A DNA stretch of 64,000 nt from Limisphaerales bacterium (GTDB lineage: Bacteria > Verrucomicrobiota > Verrucomicrobiia > Limisphaerales > JAJOIW01). A program made the translations under genes and the position numbers. The notes beneath the pieces were generated by a model. That model was given only the letters and a program-made list of their open reading frames with translations, did no database searches and had not been told where the DNA came from. How positions within the stretch are numbered: the first letter of the stretch is position 1; every line of letters begins with the position of its first letter. Positions 30,092 to 40,397 of the stretch are shown piece by piece. Where the stretch lies: assembly GCA_965657355.1 (NCBI GenBank), contig CBFHOE010000002.1, positions 1-64,000 on the forward strand. The letters are read 5' to 3'.

Positions 30092-31060
30092 ATGTATAAA
30101 AACAATAAATCAAATGGGCAGGTAATAGGATTTGTATTTTCCCTTTTATTTGTATTCACATTGGGCCTAGGAGCTCAAGATGGGGAAATTGGAATGAAAG
30201 CCCCTGTTCTCGAAGCAATGGATTATGTAAAAGGTAAGCCAGTTGATTTTAAAGGGGAAAAAGACACTATTTATGTCGTCGAATTCTGGGCTACATGGTG
30301 TGGACCATGCAAGCAATCGATTCCTGTCCTGACACAGCTTCAGAAAGAATATAAAGACAAGAAGGTCAGGATTATAGGAATAAGCGATGAGGCAAAGTCA
30401 AAGGTCACACCATTCGTGGATCAAATGGGTTCGCAAATGGATTACACTGTAGCTGTGAGCAAAGGTGGCGCCACGCATAAGAAGTATATGGGTGCCTTTG
30501 GTAGCCAAGGCATTCCACACGCTTTTATTGTCAACCAAGACAAACACATTGTTTGGGAAGGCCACCCATTAGCTGGCATGAAAGAAGTTTTAGATAAAGT
30601 CATTGCCGGTGATTTTGATGTGGCCACCGCAAAGGCACATGCCAAAGCCCAAAAAGAAGAGCAACAAAAAAGAATGCAAGAAGCGCAAGCTATTAATCAG
30701 TATTTGGGATCAGCAGCAAGCGGCACAGAGGATATGGAAGCCCTGAAAAAGGTAGAAGGAATCATTGAAGCTTCCAATGATAATCCAACTATGCTCAATC
30801 AAGTGGCATGGATAATACTTACTCATCCACAAATTCAAAAAAGAAACTTTGATCTTGCACTAATGGCGGCGGCTAAAGGTCATGAATCAGACCCAGAGAA
30901 CCCAAATATTATGGATACTTATTCCTTAGCTTTGGCGAAGAGCGGCCAAAAGGCAAAAGCCATAGAAGTTCAAAAGAAAGCCATTGCACTAGTTAAAGGT
31001 GATGAAAAAAGAACGAAGCTCTTTGAAGAAAATCTAAAAAAGATCGAAGAAATGAAATAA
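30092..31060 (+). CDS. Exported TlpA-like thiol-disulfide oxidoreductase with C-terminal TPR-like helices
   Basis: Signal peptide, VVEFWATWCGPC, GIPHAFIV, LNQVAW...MDTYSLAL. Confidence 0.9.
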   Translation: MYKNNKSNGQVIGFVFSLLFVFTLGLGAQDGEIGMKAPVLEAMDYVKGKPVDFKGEKDTIYVVEFWATWCGPCKQSIPVLTQLQKEYKDKKVRIIGISDEAKSKVTPFVDQMGSQMDYTVAVSKGGATHKKYMGAFGSQGIPHAFIVNQDKHIVWEGHPLAGMKEVLDKVIAGDFDVATAKAHAKAQKEEQQKRMQEAQAINQYLGSAASGTEDMEALKKVEGIIEASNDNPTMLNQVAWIILTHPQIQKRNFDLALMAAAKGHESDPENPNIMDTYSLALAKSGQKAKAIEVQKKAIALVKGDEKRTKLFEENLKKIEEMK

Positions 31061-31075
31061 ATGAAGTTTAAAACA

Positions 31076-31582
31076 TCACTCATTGATTTTTTGGAACGCG
31101 TTGGATATTAAATCCACGCGTTTTTTATTTTTCCCAAGGTCTGAAATTCCGATTCGAGAAGAGCTTCTTATGTGGATAACCTTATTTTCGTGATCTATGA
31201 TAGCGAAGAAATCATCAGGAAACCGCATTATAGATGTTTTAAATACAGCGTGACAGGAGTTTGTGGTTTTACTTAGAAAGGTAGAAAAACCTTTCGACTC
31301 TTCTATTGTTTTTAAAAAGTCATTCCAGGGATCAGCAGGATTATCGTAGTGATGTATGGGGATTGCATTTATTTGGTGACTGAGATCTGCATCCATCGAA
31401 CAAACGCAGTTTGGTGTTGATGGGCAATCAACAAGACGCAAGTTTCCGTTTGAGTCTTTTTCAATTCCAGTAGAGGGTTGTGTCATATTTGCGGATAGAA
31501 AGAACCAACAAAGATAAAAAGTGGTCAGTGCACAGAATAATAAGAACATCGTGGTAAGCTGTTTGTGTTTTTTAAACGACAT
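31076..31582 (-). CDS. DUF1499 family protein
   Basis: TM helix, CPSTPNCVCS, F.DD, IHIRSSSRIGISDLGKNKKRV. Confidence 0.88.
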   Translation of the reverse strand: MSFKKHKQLTTMFLLFCALTTFYLCWFFLSANMTQPSTGIEKDSNGNLRLVDCPSTPNCVCSMDADLSHQINAIPIHHYDNPADPWNDFLKTIEESKGFSTFLSKTTNSCHAVFKTSIMRFPDDFFAIIDHENKVIHIRSSSRIGISDLGKNKKRVDLISNAFQKINE

Positions 31583-31632
31583 GGATTTGTATATTGAGAT
31601 TGGTGAAGTTAGGATGAGAGGTAAGTTCGCCC

Positions 31633-31665
31633 TACTACTTTACTACTTTACTACTTTACTACTTT
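31633..31665. repeat. Tandem repeat (TACTACTT)x4
   Basis: Four perfect 8-bp units read directly, between the polA stop and the DUF1499 start. Confidence 0.95.
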
Positions 31666-31740
31666 CAAATTAATATCAGTTTTATCTGGCCAGCGAGATG
31701 CGGTTTTTCAGGATTCCATAAATGTTTTATCAAATCACAC

Positions 31741-34542
31741 TTAGTGAGCCAGCAACCAATTCTCGCCCACACCGATATCAACAATTATGGGAACATTCAA
31801 CGGAATGGCAGACTCCATGCATTCCCTCACAATTTGCGATAATTGTTCTACCTCATCAATCAAAGTATCGAATACCAATTCGTCATGAACTTGAATAATA
31901 AGTTTTGATTTTAATTCATTTGCTGAAATAGCCTCAGCGATACGCGACATTGCTATTTTTATCATGTCAGCGGATGTTCCTTGGATCGGCGTATTAATAG
32001 CTATTCGCTCAGCAGCGGCTCTTACTGTGGCGTTTCCCGAATGAATGTCTGGAAGATTCCTTTTCCTACCACAGTGCGTTTCAACAAAACCTTTTTGCTT
32101 TGTTTGGGCGATGATATTATCGAGGTATTTCCTAATGCCTGGGAATTGATTAAAATACTCATCGATTATCGACTTCGACTCCGTTCTTGAAATACTAAGA
32201 CGTTGTGACAAGCCAAATGCCGAAATCCCGTAAGCTATTCCGAAATTAACCATTTTAGCTTTCCTTCGCATCTCAGCTGAAACTTCTTGGAGTGGGACTG
32301 AAAATACTTTGCTAGCTGTCGCTGCATGAATGTCTATTCCGTCCCTAAATGATTGAATCATGGTTTGATCTTCTGATACCGCGGCTATCACTCTCAGTTC
32401 TATTTGCGAATAGTCGGCAGCGAGTATAACATGGTTTTTATCTCCAGGGATAAAAGCCCTTCTGATTTCTCTTCCTTCTGCGCTTCTAACTGGGATATTT
32501 TGTAAATTTGGATCATGGGATTGTAATCTGCCAGTTGCTGTCATCACCTGGCCGAAAGAGGTATGGATTCTGCCTGTTCCCTTTTTGACGTGTGATGGCA
32601 ACGTATCTACATAAGTTGACTTTAGTTTTGTTAATCCACGATACTTAAGTATGTCCTGCACTATGGGGTGAGTAGAGGCCAGAGACAGTAATACTTGCTC
32701 ATTTGTGGCGTATTGCCCTGTTTTGGTTTTCTTGGGTTTTTCTACGATTTGTAAATCTTCAAATAATACTTTGCCGAGTTGCTTTGGGGAGTTGAGATTA
32801 AATTCCGCCCCTGCCTGGGAGTATATTTTTTGCGTCAGCGAATCAATGGATTCACCTAGATTTTTGGAGATTTCATTCAGCGCATGGACATCAATTTTGA
32901 CTCCTTGCACCTCCATGCTGACTAGCACTTTTAATAGCGGCATCTCTATTTGATAAAAAACTTTTTCCAAATTGTTCTGAGTTATCAATTTTTGAAAAAG
33001 CTCAAATAACTGAAATGTTATATCCGCGTCCTCTGCAGCGTATTCTGATACTTGATGAACTGGAACATCACTCATTGATATCTGATTCTTCTTATCACTT
33101 CCGATTAAAGATGTAATAGAAATTGGAGAATAGCCCAAGAGTGATTCACTCAAATAATCCATACCATGACGTTGATCCGGTTCCAAAAGTGAATGAGCAA
33201 CCATAGTGTCGAAAAAAGAACCGGAAAGCGTTAGATTATATTTGGAAAGAACAATCAGATCGAACTTGAGATTGTGGCCAATCCATAGTGTATTTTCAAT
33301 TTGGAAGAACTCACGAATACAGTTTAGCCATTTAGTTTGCGCTCTGAGATTCTTGGGAAGAGCTACATATCCCCCAGCGTGGGCCTTAGCTGACCATGCT
33401 ATTCCCAGCAACTCTGTTTCATGTGGGTCCAGTGATGATGTTTCAGTATCAAAACAAATATAAGGCTTTCCTTTGAGTGAATGGATAAGTTCATTAAAGT
33501 CTTCTAGGGTCTCTATAGTTTTATACGAATGATCAATATCCTCCAAGGTCTTGAGAGGCGCACCTTGAGTGGGGGTTTCTTTACCATCTGCAGAGGCCGC
33601 AAATAATGCACCTTGAGTTTCAATTTCACCAAATCCTCTTCCAGCCTTAAAGGCCTGACCGAATATTTTTTTTCCGATTGTATTAAATTCCAATTCGATG
33701 ATGATATTTTTCAGCTCATCCGACTTATAATTTGATACTTCAAAATCAGAAAGACTCCAATCAACAGGAACGTCTGTAACTATTTCTGCTAGTTGTCTAG
33801 ACAGCAAAGCCTGAGATGAATAGGTTTGTAAATTTTCTTTTTGCTTACCCTTAAGCTTGTCAATATTTGATAGGATAGACTGGATGGACCCAAATTCTTT
33901 TATAAGTTTGGAAGCAGTCTTCTGACCGATACCTGGAACACCTGGGATATTATCTGAGGAATCTCCCCATAGGCCTAAAATATCTACTATCTGACCCGGC
34001 TCATCAATTGCCCATTTTTCACAGACACCCTGGACGTCGAGTATTTCTGGTTCTCCCCCTCCTCTGCCAGGTCGCAAGAGAATAATGTTCTTGGACACGA
34101 GTTGTGCGAAATCTTTATCGGGAGTGACCATCGTTACTTTCAACCCCATGTCTGCTGCGCTATTAGCGATTGTTCCAATTATGTCATCCGCCTCATACCC
34201 ATCCATATCGATAACAGGAATAGACATGGCTGAAAGCAGCCGGCGGATAATAGGTAAAGAAGCAGATAGCTCTTCAGGCATTTCCTCCCGTTGTGCTTTG
34301 TAAGCCGGGAATAGTTCATGCCGGAATGTTGGCTTAATCGTATCAAAAGCAACCGCAAGGTGTGTTGGAGACGATTTTTCCAATATCTCGAGTAATGTAT
34401 TAAGAACACCAAATACAGCGGAAGTATTTTGCCCTTTGCTATTTCTAATCGGGTTGGTCTGAAAGGCAAAGAAAGCTCGATATACCAAAGCCATACCATC
34501 TATCAAAAAAAGGCTATGAGAATTTTTCATATCACTCATCAT
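31741..34542 (-). CDS. polA: DNA polymerase I
   Basis: 5'-3' exonuclease (LIDG, YEADDIIGT, GDSSDNIPGVPGIG), 3'-5' exonuclease (FDTET), ADYSQIELR, AKMVNFGIAYG, QVHDELV. Confidence 0.98.
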   Translation of the reverse strand: MMSDMKNSHSLFLIDGMALVYRAFFAFQTNPIRNSKGQNTSAVFGVLNTLLEILEKSSPTHLAVAFDTIKPTFRHELFPAYKAQREEMPEELSASLPIIRRLLSAMSIPVIDMDGYEADDIIGTIANSAADMGLKVTMVTPDKDFAQLVSKNIILLRPGRGGGEPEILDVQGVCEKWAIDEPGQIVDILGLWGDSSDNIPGVPGIGQKTASKLIKEFGSIQSILSNIDKLKGKQKENLQTYSSQALLSRQLAEIVTDVPVDWSLSDFEVSNYKSDELKNIIIELEFNTIGKKIFGQAFKAGRGFGEIETQGALFAASADGKETPTQGAPLKTLEDIDHSYKTIETLEDFNELIHSLKGKPYICFDTETSSLDPHETELLGIAWSAKAHAGGYVALPKNLRAQTKWLNCIREFFQIENTLWIGHNLKFDLIVLSKYNLTLSGSFFDTMVAHSLLEPDQRHGMDYLSESLLGYSPISITSLIGSDKKNQISMSDVPVHQVSEYAAEDADITFQLFELFQKLITQNNLEKVFYQIEMPLLKVLVSMEVQGVKIDVHALNEISKNLGESIDSLTQKIYSQAGAEFNLNSPKQLGKVLFEDLQIVEKPKKTKTGQYATNEQVLLSLASTHPIVQDILKYRGLTKLKSTYVDTLPSHVKKGTGRIHTSFGQVMTATGRLQSHDPNLQNIPVRSAEGREIRRAFIPGDKNHVILAADYSQIELRVIAAVSEDQTMIQSFRDGIDIHAATASKVFSVPLQEVSAEMRRKAKMVNFGIAYGISAFGLSQRLSISRTESKSIIDEYFNQFPGIRKYLDNIIAQTKQKGFVETHCGRKRNLPDIHSGNATVRAAAERIAINTPIQGTSADMIKIAMSRIAEAISANELKSKLIIQVHDELVFDTLIDEVEQLSQIVRECMESAIPLNVPIIVDIGVGENWLLAH

Positions 34543-34751
34543 CTGAACTCAATGTATCCTATTTTTAGATAGGTGGAGAAGTCATAACCCGCAAATTAAT
34601 AATTCGTGCAAACCAAAATGTGATGAATGGCCCCCTTGTGTAAAAAATTCAAAAACCTCTCCGCATTAAAAATTTAGTCAAGCAAACACCCTAATTTACC
34701 GACGTAAAAACTAGATATTCATAAATATTCAATTTTTGTTTGGAAACGAAT

Positions 34752-35087
34752 ATGCCAAGAGTACGTAAAGAGGTCCTGAAGCAGGGTATGCAGCTCGGTG
34801 AAGACCTTAGAGACAAAAACGGGCGCATGATGATGGCGAAGGGGTCAACCTTGGATTATGAAAAAATACATAAAATAAGGAACAGTGACGTTTTGTGTCC
34901 GGAAATATCCGGAATTTCCGAGGAGGAGATTGATGATCTTCACCGCGCTGGAGTTTCTCAGGAGAATCAAAACATCATCGAAAAGCTCAATGAAATGCAG
35001 TTTTCAAATTGTGTAGAATTTGATCCGTTCGTGAAAGAACTCAAAGTCATCTCTGATAGGGCCCTTTATGCCTCATTAAAGTCATGA
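34752..35087 (+). CDS. Small hypothetical protein resembling the N-terminal accessory domain of HD-GYP/HDOD proteins
   Basis: 'LKQGMQLGEDLRDKNGRMMMAKGSTL...I.KI' pattern; ATGA overlap with the HDOD gene. Confidence 0.65.
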   Translation: MPRVRKEVLKQGMQLGEDLRDKNGRMMMAKGSTLDYEKIHKIRNSDVLCPEISGISEEEIDDLHRAGVSQENQNIIEKLNEMQFSNCVEFDPFVKELKVISDRALYASLKS

Positions 35088-35959
35088 AGCTGATAAAATA
35101 TAATTCTCCAAACGCGGTCGTAAAGGCCATCAAAGAATTACCAAGCCCATACAGTAAGCCACCGGAGTTAGACGAATACCTCCTCAACATGAATACGCAG
35201 ATCGACAAAATCAACGACCTGCTGAGAATTGACTACGCCGTGGTTATCAGAATGTTTAAGCTTGCCAACAGCGTCGCCATGGGAGGCAATGAAGAGAAAG
35301 TCTTAAACATCAATGATGCGATCACAAGTGTTGGAAGCGTTGAAATAGCACGCATCACAGAGGTATCGCAAAAAAATCCAGTATTAGATGTCATACCTCC
35401 TCAGCTTTTCAATCTAGAATCATTTTGGAATCACTCATATGCAACAGCAGTTGCAGCTGAAGAAATTGCAAAATTTATTCAAGAAAAAAATCCAGAGTAC
35501 CATTTTATTTGCGGACTTCTACATGACATTGGCAGGCTCATCATGTCATTGGCTATGCCAAAACAATACATAGTCTGCATGCTCGAGGCACAGAAAAAAA
35601 ATCGAAGCCTCCAATCTCAAGAACTCAGAATTTTTGGTTTTGATCATGCTGAAGTCGGAGCAGAGGCTATAAAAGAGTGGAAATTTCCATCTTTCGCAGA
35701 GGAAGCAATCGAATACCATCACGCAGCTTCAGATGCGAGAAAGCACCCAAAATTGGTTACCGTAACCCATCTTGCTGACGCTCTAATACATGCTCTTCAT
35801 ATTGGTAGAAGTGGTGAACTAATGATGCCGAAAATTTTTTCTCAGAAAATCCAGGACATAGGCATTAACCCCTATCAGCTTCACGATATCAGCGGCCGCG
35901 TGCTTCAAAAAGTTAGTCCCAGGCTTATCAAAGGCAGAAATCTTTCAGTTGCTGCGTAA
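35084..35959 (+). CDS. HDOD domain protein
   Basis: KLANS, FWNHSYATA, GLLHDIGRL, FGFDHAEVGA...WKFP...AIEYHH. Confidence 0.9.
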   Translation: MKLIKYNSPNAVVKAIKELPSPYSKPPELDEYLLNMNTQIDKINDLLRIDYAVVIRMFKLANSVAMGGNEEKVLNINDAITSVGSVEIARITEVSQKNPVLDVIPPQLFNLESFWNHSYATAVAAEEIAKFIQEKNPEYHFICGLLHDIGRLIMSLAMPKQYIVCMLEAQKKNRSLQSQELRIFGFDHAEVGAEAIKEWKFPSFAEEAIEYHHAASDARKHPKLVTVTHLADALIHALHIGRSGELMMPKIFSQKIQDIGINPYQLHDISGRVLQKVSPRLIKGRNLSVAA

Positions 35960-36023
35960 AGGAGCACATCAGAGGTAAAATCTCGCCAAAACCCAGCAGA
36001 TATAATAATTTTTGAGGCGTTAT

Positions 36024-38630
36024 ATGTCTCGAAAAAGAAGATCAAGACGCAGAAATCGTAACAAACCAACGATTAACACCTCCCATGTGGCAAAAGCGGT
36101 GGGGGCATTTTTGTTCTTGTTGGTTATCTTTTTTGTCATTGGCACCCGGTCTGTGGTCCTGAAACCCCTCCTTTTATCAAAAATTGGTGGAGCTACCAAC
36201 CTGCAATGGGAATGCGATAGTTTGAGTTATTGGCCCACGTCAGGTTTTACGCTGAAAAATGCAAAGGCGAGGGACCCCAAATTCAAGGGCGAGGTATTCA
36301 AGGGCGAAAGTATTACAGTTGACTCCCCCGGGTTTGTTATTTTTAAAAAAGAAATCAAATTATCTAAGTTTGAAGCAAAAGGCCTTTCAGCAAACATCAT
36401 TACCCTGGAAGACGGAAGTTCTAATCTAGATAATTTTAAGAAAAGTTTCGTTTACCGCCAGCCATTGCAGAATGACCTGAGAGATTTCTCCCTGAAAAAT
36501 ATCAAGATTGAGGATGGCAGTATTTCGTGGGTAGAACAAAAGAGTCGATCCGAACGGACCAAAAAAGGCATATCAAATATTAATCTAAATATTCCCGAGT
36601 GGGGTCGAGGGAAGTTAGGAAAGTTTGATTTAGAATTTACTCCACATGTTTTTCTGGAAGAGGAGAATCAAAAAATAAAGGACGAATACTCTTGCCGAAT
36701 GAAGGTGAATGGAGCGTTCAAACTCAATTCAAAAGGTTCATTAATTGAAGCTTCACTCAAAGGCGAAAGTGAACCCGCTAAGGGAACCGGAATATTTGCC
36801 AGCTCTAATAGACTAAATTACAAATTAGATGCCACGTATGAAAATGATTTACTATCATCATTTCTGATATCGGTAAATTCTCCAGAGGATCAAGCATTTA
36901 GATTAAGTAGCTCAGGCAAATTAGATTTAGTAAAAATTGAAGCTAACCAGATCATAAATTACTCGGGCTCATTATCCGTTTTGAATCCGCTTATTGGTGA
37001 TGAAGGCGGGTATTTTTCAAAAGGAATTATCCAAGGCAAAAGCACGTTTTTTGCTAAATTGTTTGGAAATTCCTGGATGACAACACACGAGGTAAAAGCA
37101 GATCAGGTTACCTTCAATTTTAAAGGATCGACTTTGCCTGTGATGAACGCCGCAGTCTCAAGTCGAGTCGCATTGGAAAAAGCTTTAAAATCATTCAGGG
37201 TAGATACTTTTGATCTCGAGATTGATTCAGGAAAAAACAATACCCTCAATATTTACAGTGAAGGGGCAACGAATTTTTCATACGGCCCAAATAGGGCCGG
37301 GTTCGAACCTTCAACAATCAAAGCAAATATTAAATCAGACCTCCGACAATGGAGAAATTTTCTTCCGGAATATATCAAGGGGGGGCAAATCAACCTAGCG
37401 ATCTCCGCAATTGTTATGGATGACGGCAAGAAAATTTCCTGGACCGGAGAAAGCAATAACTCAAACATTATTTTACAATCTCAAAACGACCCCTCTATTC
37501 AAGAAGACTACAATATCGATATAAAAACAAATGGACCAATCAATGAATTAAAAGTATTGGAGCACGGCATATTTGAGGTCTCATTACTCAAGAATAGTGA
37601 GCGCAAAGCATACTCAAAAGCGGACCTTCTTTATTTGGGAAAAAGCCGCGGTTACAACATACTTCTCGATATTGGATTACTGGATTTGAGTCACCTCTCG
37701 AGAATGGTGCCAATACCGTATGTAGATAAGCCAGAAGGAGACCTTCGAATAACCACCAGCTATAGTACTGTAGAAAAGAATCTTAAAAAGTGGAGTATGA
37801 ACTTCGACACACGCAAATTAGGGGGTAAGATATTTGGAAGAAGAATTAGTGATGCAAGAATAGAATCAGGCTTCACCCTACATTCAAGGGAAAAAGGTTA
37901 TAGTATTCCGAATGCCACTTTTGACGTCAGATTTGGTCCGAGGCTAGCACTTTCTTTGGCTGGAAATTTGACTCAGAATTACCCACAAAACACAATGGAT
38001 GGCAATATCAACATATTGAGCTTCAATCAAGAAGCAGCCATGATGCTAATGCCTCCCTGGTTGAAAGGAATGAGGATTGTCGACCTAAGCCTACGGGGTA
38101 AAACAAAAATATCCTCCAAACCTAAGAGTAATGACGTCATCATTAGTTCCGAAATAGAATTAGAGAAATTCCGAAATAGAGGATTCACCCGGGTAGACCA
38201 CCGGACTCTGCCATTTGATGTCAAAGTTGAGGCGCGCTATTTTAATCAAGAAATACTTATTCGATCGGCAAATTTAAACTTTTCACCGAATTCGCCTAAG
38301 GAGGATAACCAGCTTTCATTGTCAAAGCCTATAGCTCTTCAATTTGATAAAGGCCAGATACGCAGGCAAAGTGATACTCCCATTATTTTATCCTCCGACC
38401 AGTTAGAAATAACTCAATGGATTAATTTTTTCGATCAATGGCGGCAAATAAATGGAGATGAGACTTTGGATAAAACAAAAATAGTAGATCCACCTTTGAA
38501 TTTTGAACTAAATGTCGGGCAATTTTATAATGGTTCGAAATTTATTGAGAATTGGAAAGGCCAATCGTCGTTTTCCGACCTTGCAAAAATTCCAGACAAC
38601 ATAGCAAAACTTCTCCCTGAAAAGGATTAA
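36024..38630 (+). CDS. AsmA-like envelope beta-strand-rich protein
   Basis: Arg-rich N-terminus plus single TM helix; AsmA-type N-region (DGSSNL, LKNIKIEDGSISW); long beta-rich body. Start placed at ATG 36024. Confidence 0.6.
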   Translation: MSRKRRSRRRNRNKPTINTSHVAKAVGAFLFLLVIFFVIGTRSVVLKPLLLSKIGGATNLQWECDSLSYWPTSGFTLKNAKARDPKFKGEVFKGESITVDSPGFVIFKKEIKLSKFEAKGLSANIITLEDGSSNLDNFKKSFVYRQPLQNDLRDFSLKNIKIEDGSISWVEQKSRSERTKKGISNINLNIPEWGRGKLGKFDLEFTPHVFLEEENQKIKDEYSCRMKVNGAFKLNSKGSLIEASLKGESEPAKGTGIFASSNRLNYKLDATYENDLLSSFLISVNSPEDQAFRLSSSGKLDLVKIEANQIINYSGSLSVLNPLIGDEGGYFSKGIIQGKSTFFAKLFGNSWMTTHEVKADQVTFNFKGSTLPVMNAAVSSRVALEKALKSFRVDTFDLEIDSGKNNTLNIYSEGATNFSYGPNRAGFEPSTIKANIKSDLRQWRNFLPEYIKGGQINLAISAIVMDDGKKISWTGESNNSNIILQSQNDPSIQEDYNIDIKTNGPINELKVLEHGIFEVSLLKNSERKAYSKADLLYLGKSRGYNILLDIGLLDLSHLSRMVPIPYVDKPEGDLRITTSYSTVEKNLKKWSMNFDTRKLGGKIFGRRISDARIESGFTLHSREKGYSIPNATFDVRFGPRLALSLAGNLTQNYPQNTMDGNINILSFNQEAAMMLMPPWLKGMRIVDLSLRGKTKISSKPKSNDVIISSEIELEKFRNRGFTRVDHRTLPFDVKVEARYFNQEILIRSANLNFSPNSPKEDNQLSLSKPIALQFDKGQIRRQSDTPIILSSDQLEITQWINFFDQWRQINGDETLDKTKIVDPPLNFELNVGQFYNGSKFIENWKGQSSFSDLAKIPDNIAKLLPEKD

Positions 38631-38646
38631 AGACAAATAATAAACC

Positions 38647-40035
38647 ATGGAAAAAATTCTCGAGTATTTGAAAGACAATCATGAGAACTCTGTTGAGGAA
38701 CTTATGGAATATATAAGGTTTCCAAGCATCTCAGCCCAACCAAACAAACACGGTAAGGATATAGACGACTGTGCGAATTGGATAGAGTCTCACTGTAAAA
38801 ATATGGGGTTGGAAGTGGAAAAATATCCGACTTCAGGTAACCCAATAATCATCGCCAAAGTTCCTAATGATCTTGTGGAAGACGGCCAAAACGCAAAGAA
38901 AATCTTACTTTATGGACATTACGATGTTCAACCCCCGGAACCCTTCGATCTTTGGACGACACCACCTTTTGAGCCCACTATACGAAACGGTAATATTTAC
39001 GCACGCGGAGCCTCAGATAATAAAGGCCAGCATTTTTCTCACCTTAAAGCGATAGAGGCATACTTAAAAACCGGTTCGAAGTTTCCATGTCACATAACGA
39101 TGGTTATTGAAGGGGAGGAAGAGGTTGGAAGTGAGAGTCTTTATAAATTTATCGAAGACCAACCGGAACTATTATCAGCTGACTTTCTTTATATCTCTGA
39201 TAATGGAATACCAAGCCTGGAACACCCGACAATTACATACGCGCTAAGGGGGGTTTGTGCACTAGACGTCGAGCTGAATGGACCAAATAAGGATCTACAC
39301 TCTGGTTTCTATGGAGGGGCTATAGCTAATCCAGCAACTGAATTATGCCGCCTTTTATCAAAAATTCATAATGAAGACGGAGTTGTTCAAATTCCAGGCT
39401 TTTACGAGTGTGTGACCAATTTAACAGATGAAGAGAGGGAATCTTTCAAACAATTACCAGAATCCGATCAAAAGCTACTCGATCTGACAGGAGCACCGGA
39501 TTTAAAAGGAGAATTAGATTATAGCTCATATGAAAGGCGCTCATGCAGGCCGACTGTAGAGATCAATGGTATGATAAGCGGTTACAATGGAGACGGAAGT
39601 AAAACTATCATTCCGGCAAAAGCGTCTGCAAAATTAACAATGAGACTTGTTCCAAATCAAGACCCTAAAATCATACTCGATCTGGTTGAGAACTTTTTAA
39701 AATCAAATTGTCCGCCATCGGTTCAAATAACTGTTGAAAAAGGGCATGCCGGGGCGCCGTACCTGACTTCACCTAATGGTCCATTTGCATTAGCTGCCTC
39801 AAGTGCCGTTGAAAAAGCATTTGGTAAAAAGGCGCTCATTTCTCGTGAAGGTGGATCCATACCGATAATAAATGAATTCAAAGAAAAACTAGGGATTGAG
39901 ACATTGCTACCAGGACTTGGCTTACCAGATGATAACATGCACAGCCCCAACGAAAAATTCACCCTTGAATGCTTTGAGCGTGGAAAATTAATGAGCGCTT
40001 ATCTGATTGATGAAATCGGAGCATTGGCTAAATAA
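38647..40035 (+). CDS. M20 family metallo-dipeptidase (ArgE/DapE-like)
   Basis: YGHYDVQP, ARGASDNKGQ, EGEEEVGS, DLHSG, GGSIP, HSPNEKF. Confidence 0.93.
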   Translation: MEKILEYLKDNHENSVEELMEYIRFPSISAQPNKHGKDIDDCANWIESHCKNMGLEVEKYPTSGNPIIIAKVPNDLVEDGQNAKKILLYGHYDVQPPEPFDLWTTPPFEPTIRNGNIYARGASDNKGQHFSHLKAIEAYLKTGSKFPCHITMVIEGEEEVGSESLYKFIEDQPELLSADFLYISDNGIPSLEHPTITYALRGVCALDVELNGPNKDLHSGFYGGAIANPATELCRLLSKIHNEDGVVQIPGFYECVTNLTDEERESFKQLPESDQKLLDLTGAPDLKGELDYSSYERRSCRPTVEINGMISGYNGDGSKTIIPAKASAKLTMRLVPNQDPKIILDLVENFLKSNCPPSVQITVEKGHAGAPYLTSPNGPFALAASSAVEKAFGKKALISREGGSIPIINEFKEKLGIETLLPGLGLPDDNMHSPNEKFTLECFERGKLMSAYLIDEIGALAK

Positions 40036-40079
40036 TTCGTTGCTTTATACTTTGAATGCAGCCCGTGCATTTTAACACC

Positions 40080-40116
40080 AAAAACAAAATGACCCTCCCA
40101 AATAAACAGGAGGGTC
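40080..40116 (-). terminator. Orphan minus-strand terminator
   Basis: GACCCTCC/GGAGGGTC stem followed on the minus strand by ATTTTGTTTTT; no minus-strand CDS ends here. Confidence 0.55.
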
Positions 40117-40397
40117 GTTGATCAGTTTCAACTTAATTGGCAAGTCGCAATTGCCAAAGTTGTAATTCCACTATTGAGTTAATTATGTCAACAACTTATT
40201 ACAATTTTTTCTAAACAGAGATTGTAGTTGCTGAGATTGCCCCGAAAGGAAACAAAGAATATTACCAGGTTTGAAAATGAGGGGATTCCACCGAAAAAAG
40301 TGGATAGTTATGTTTTCAAGTCTAAGTATTTCATTTGTCTCCAATCTGGCTAGAAATTGAGCTTGGCAATTTATTCAAATATGCACAGATTAATGCA

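Noticed and set aside
31633..31665. CRISPR array
   Set aside because: Contiguous 8-bp units with no spacers; no cas genes.
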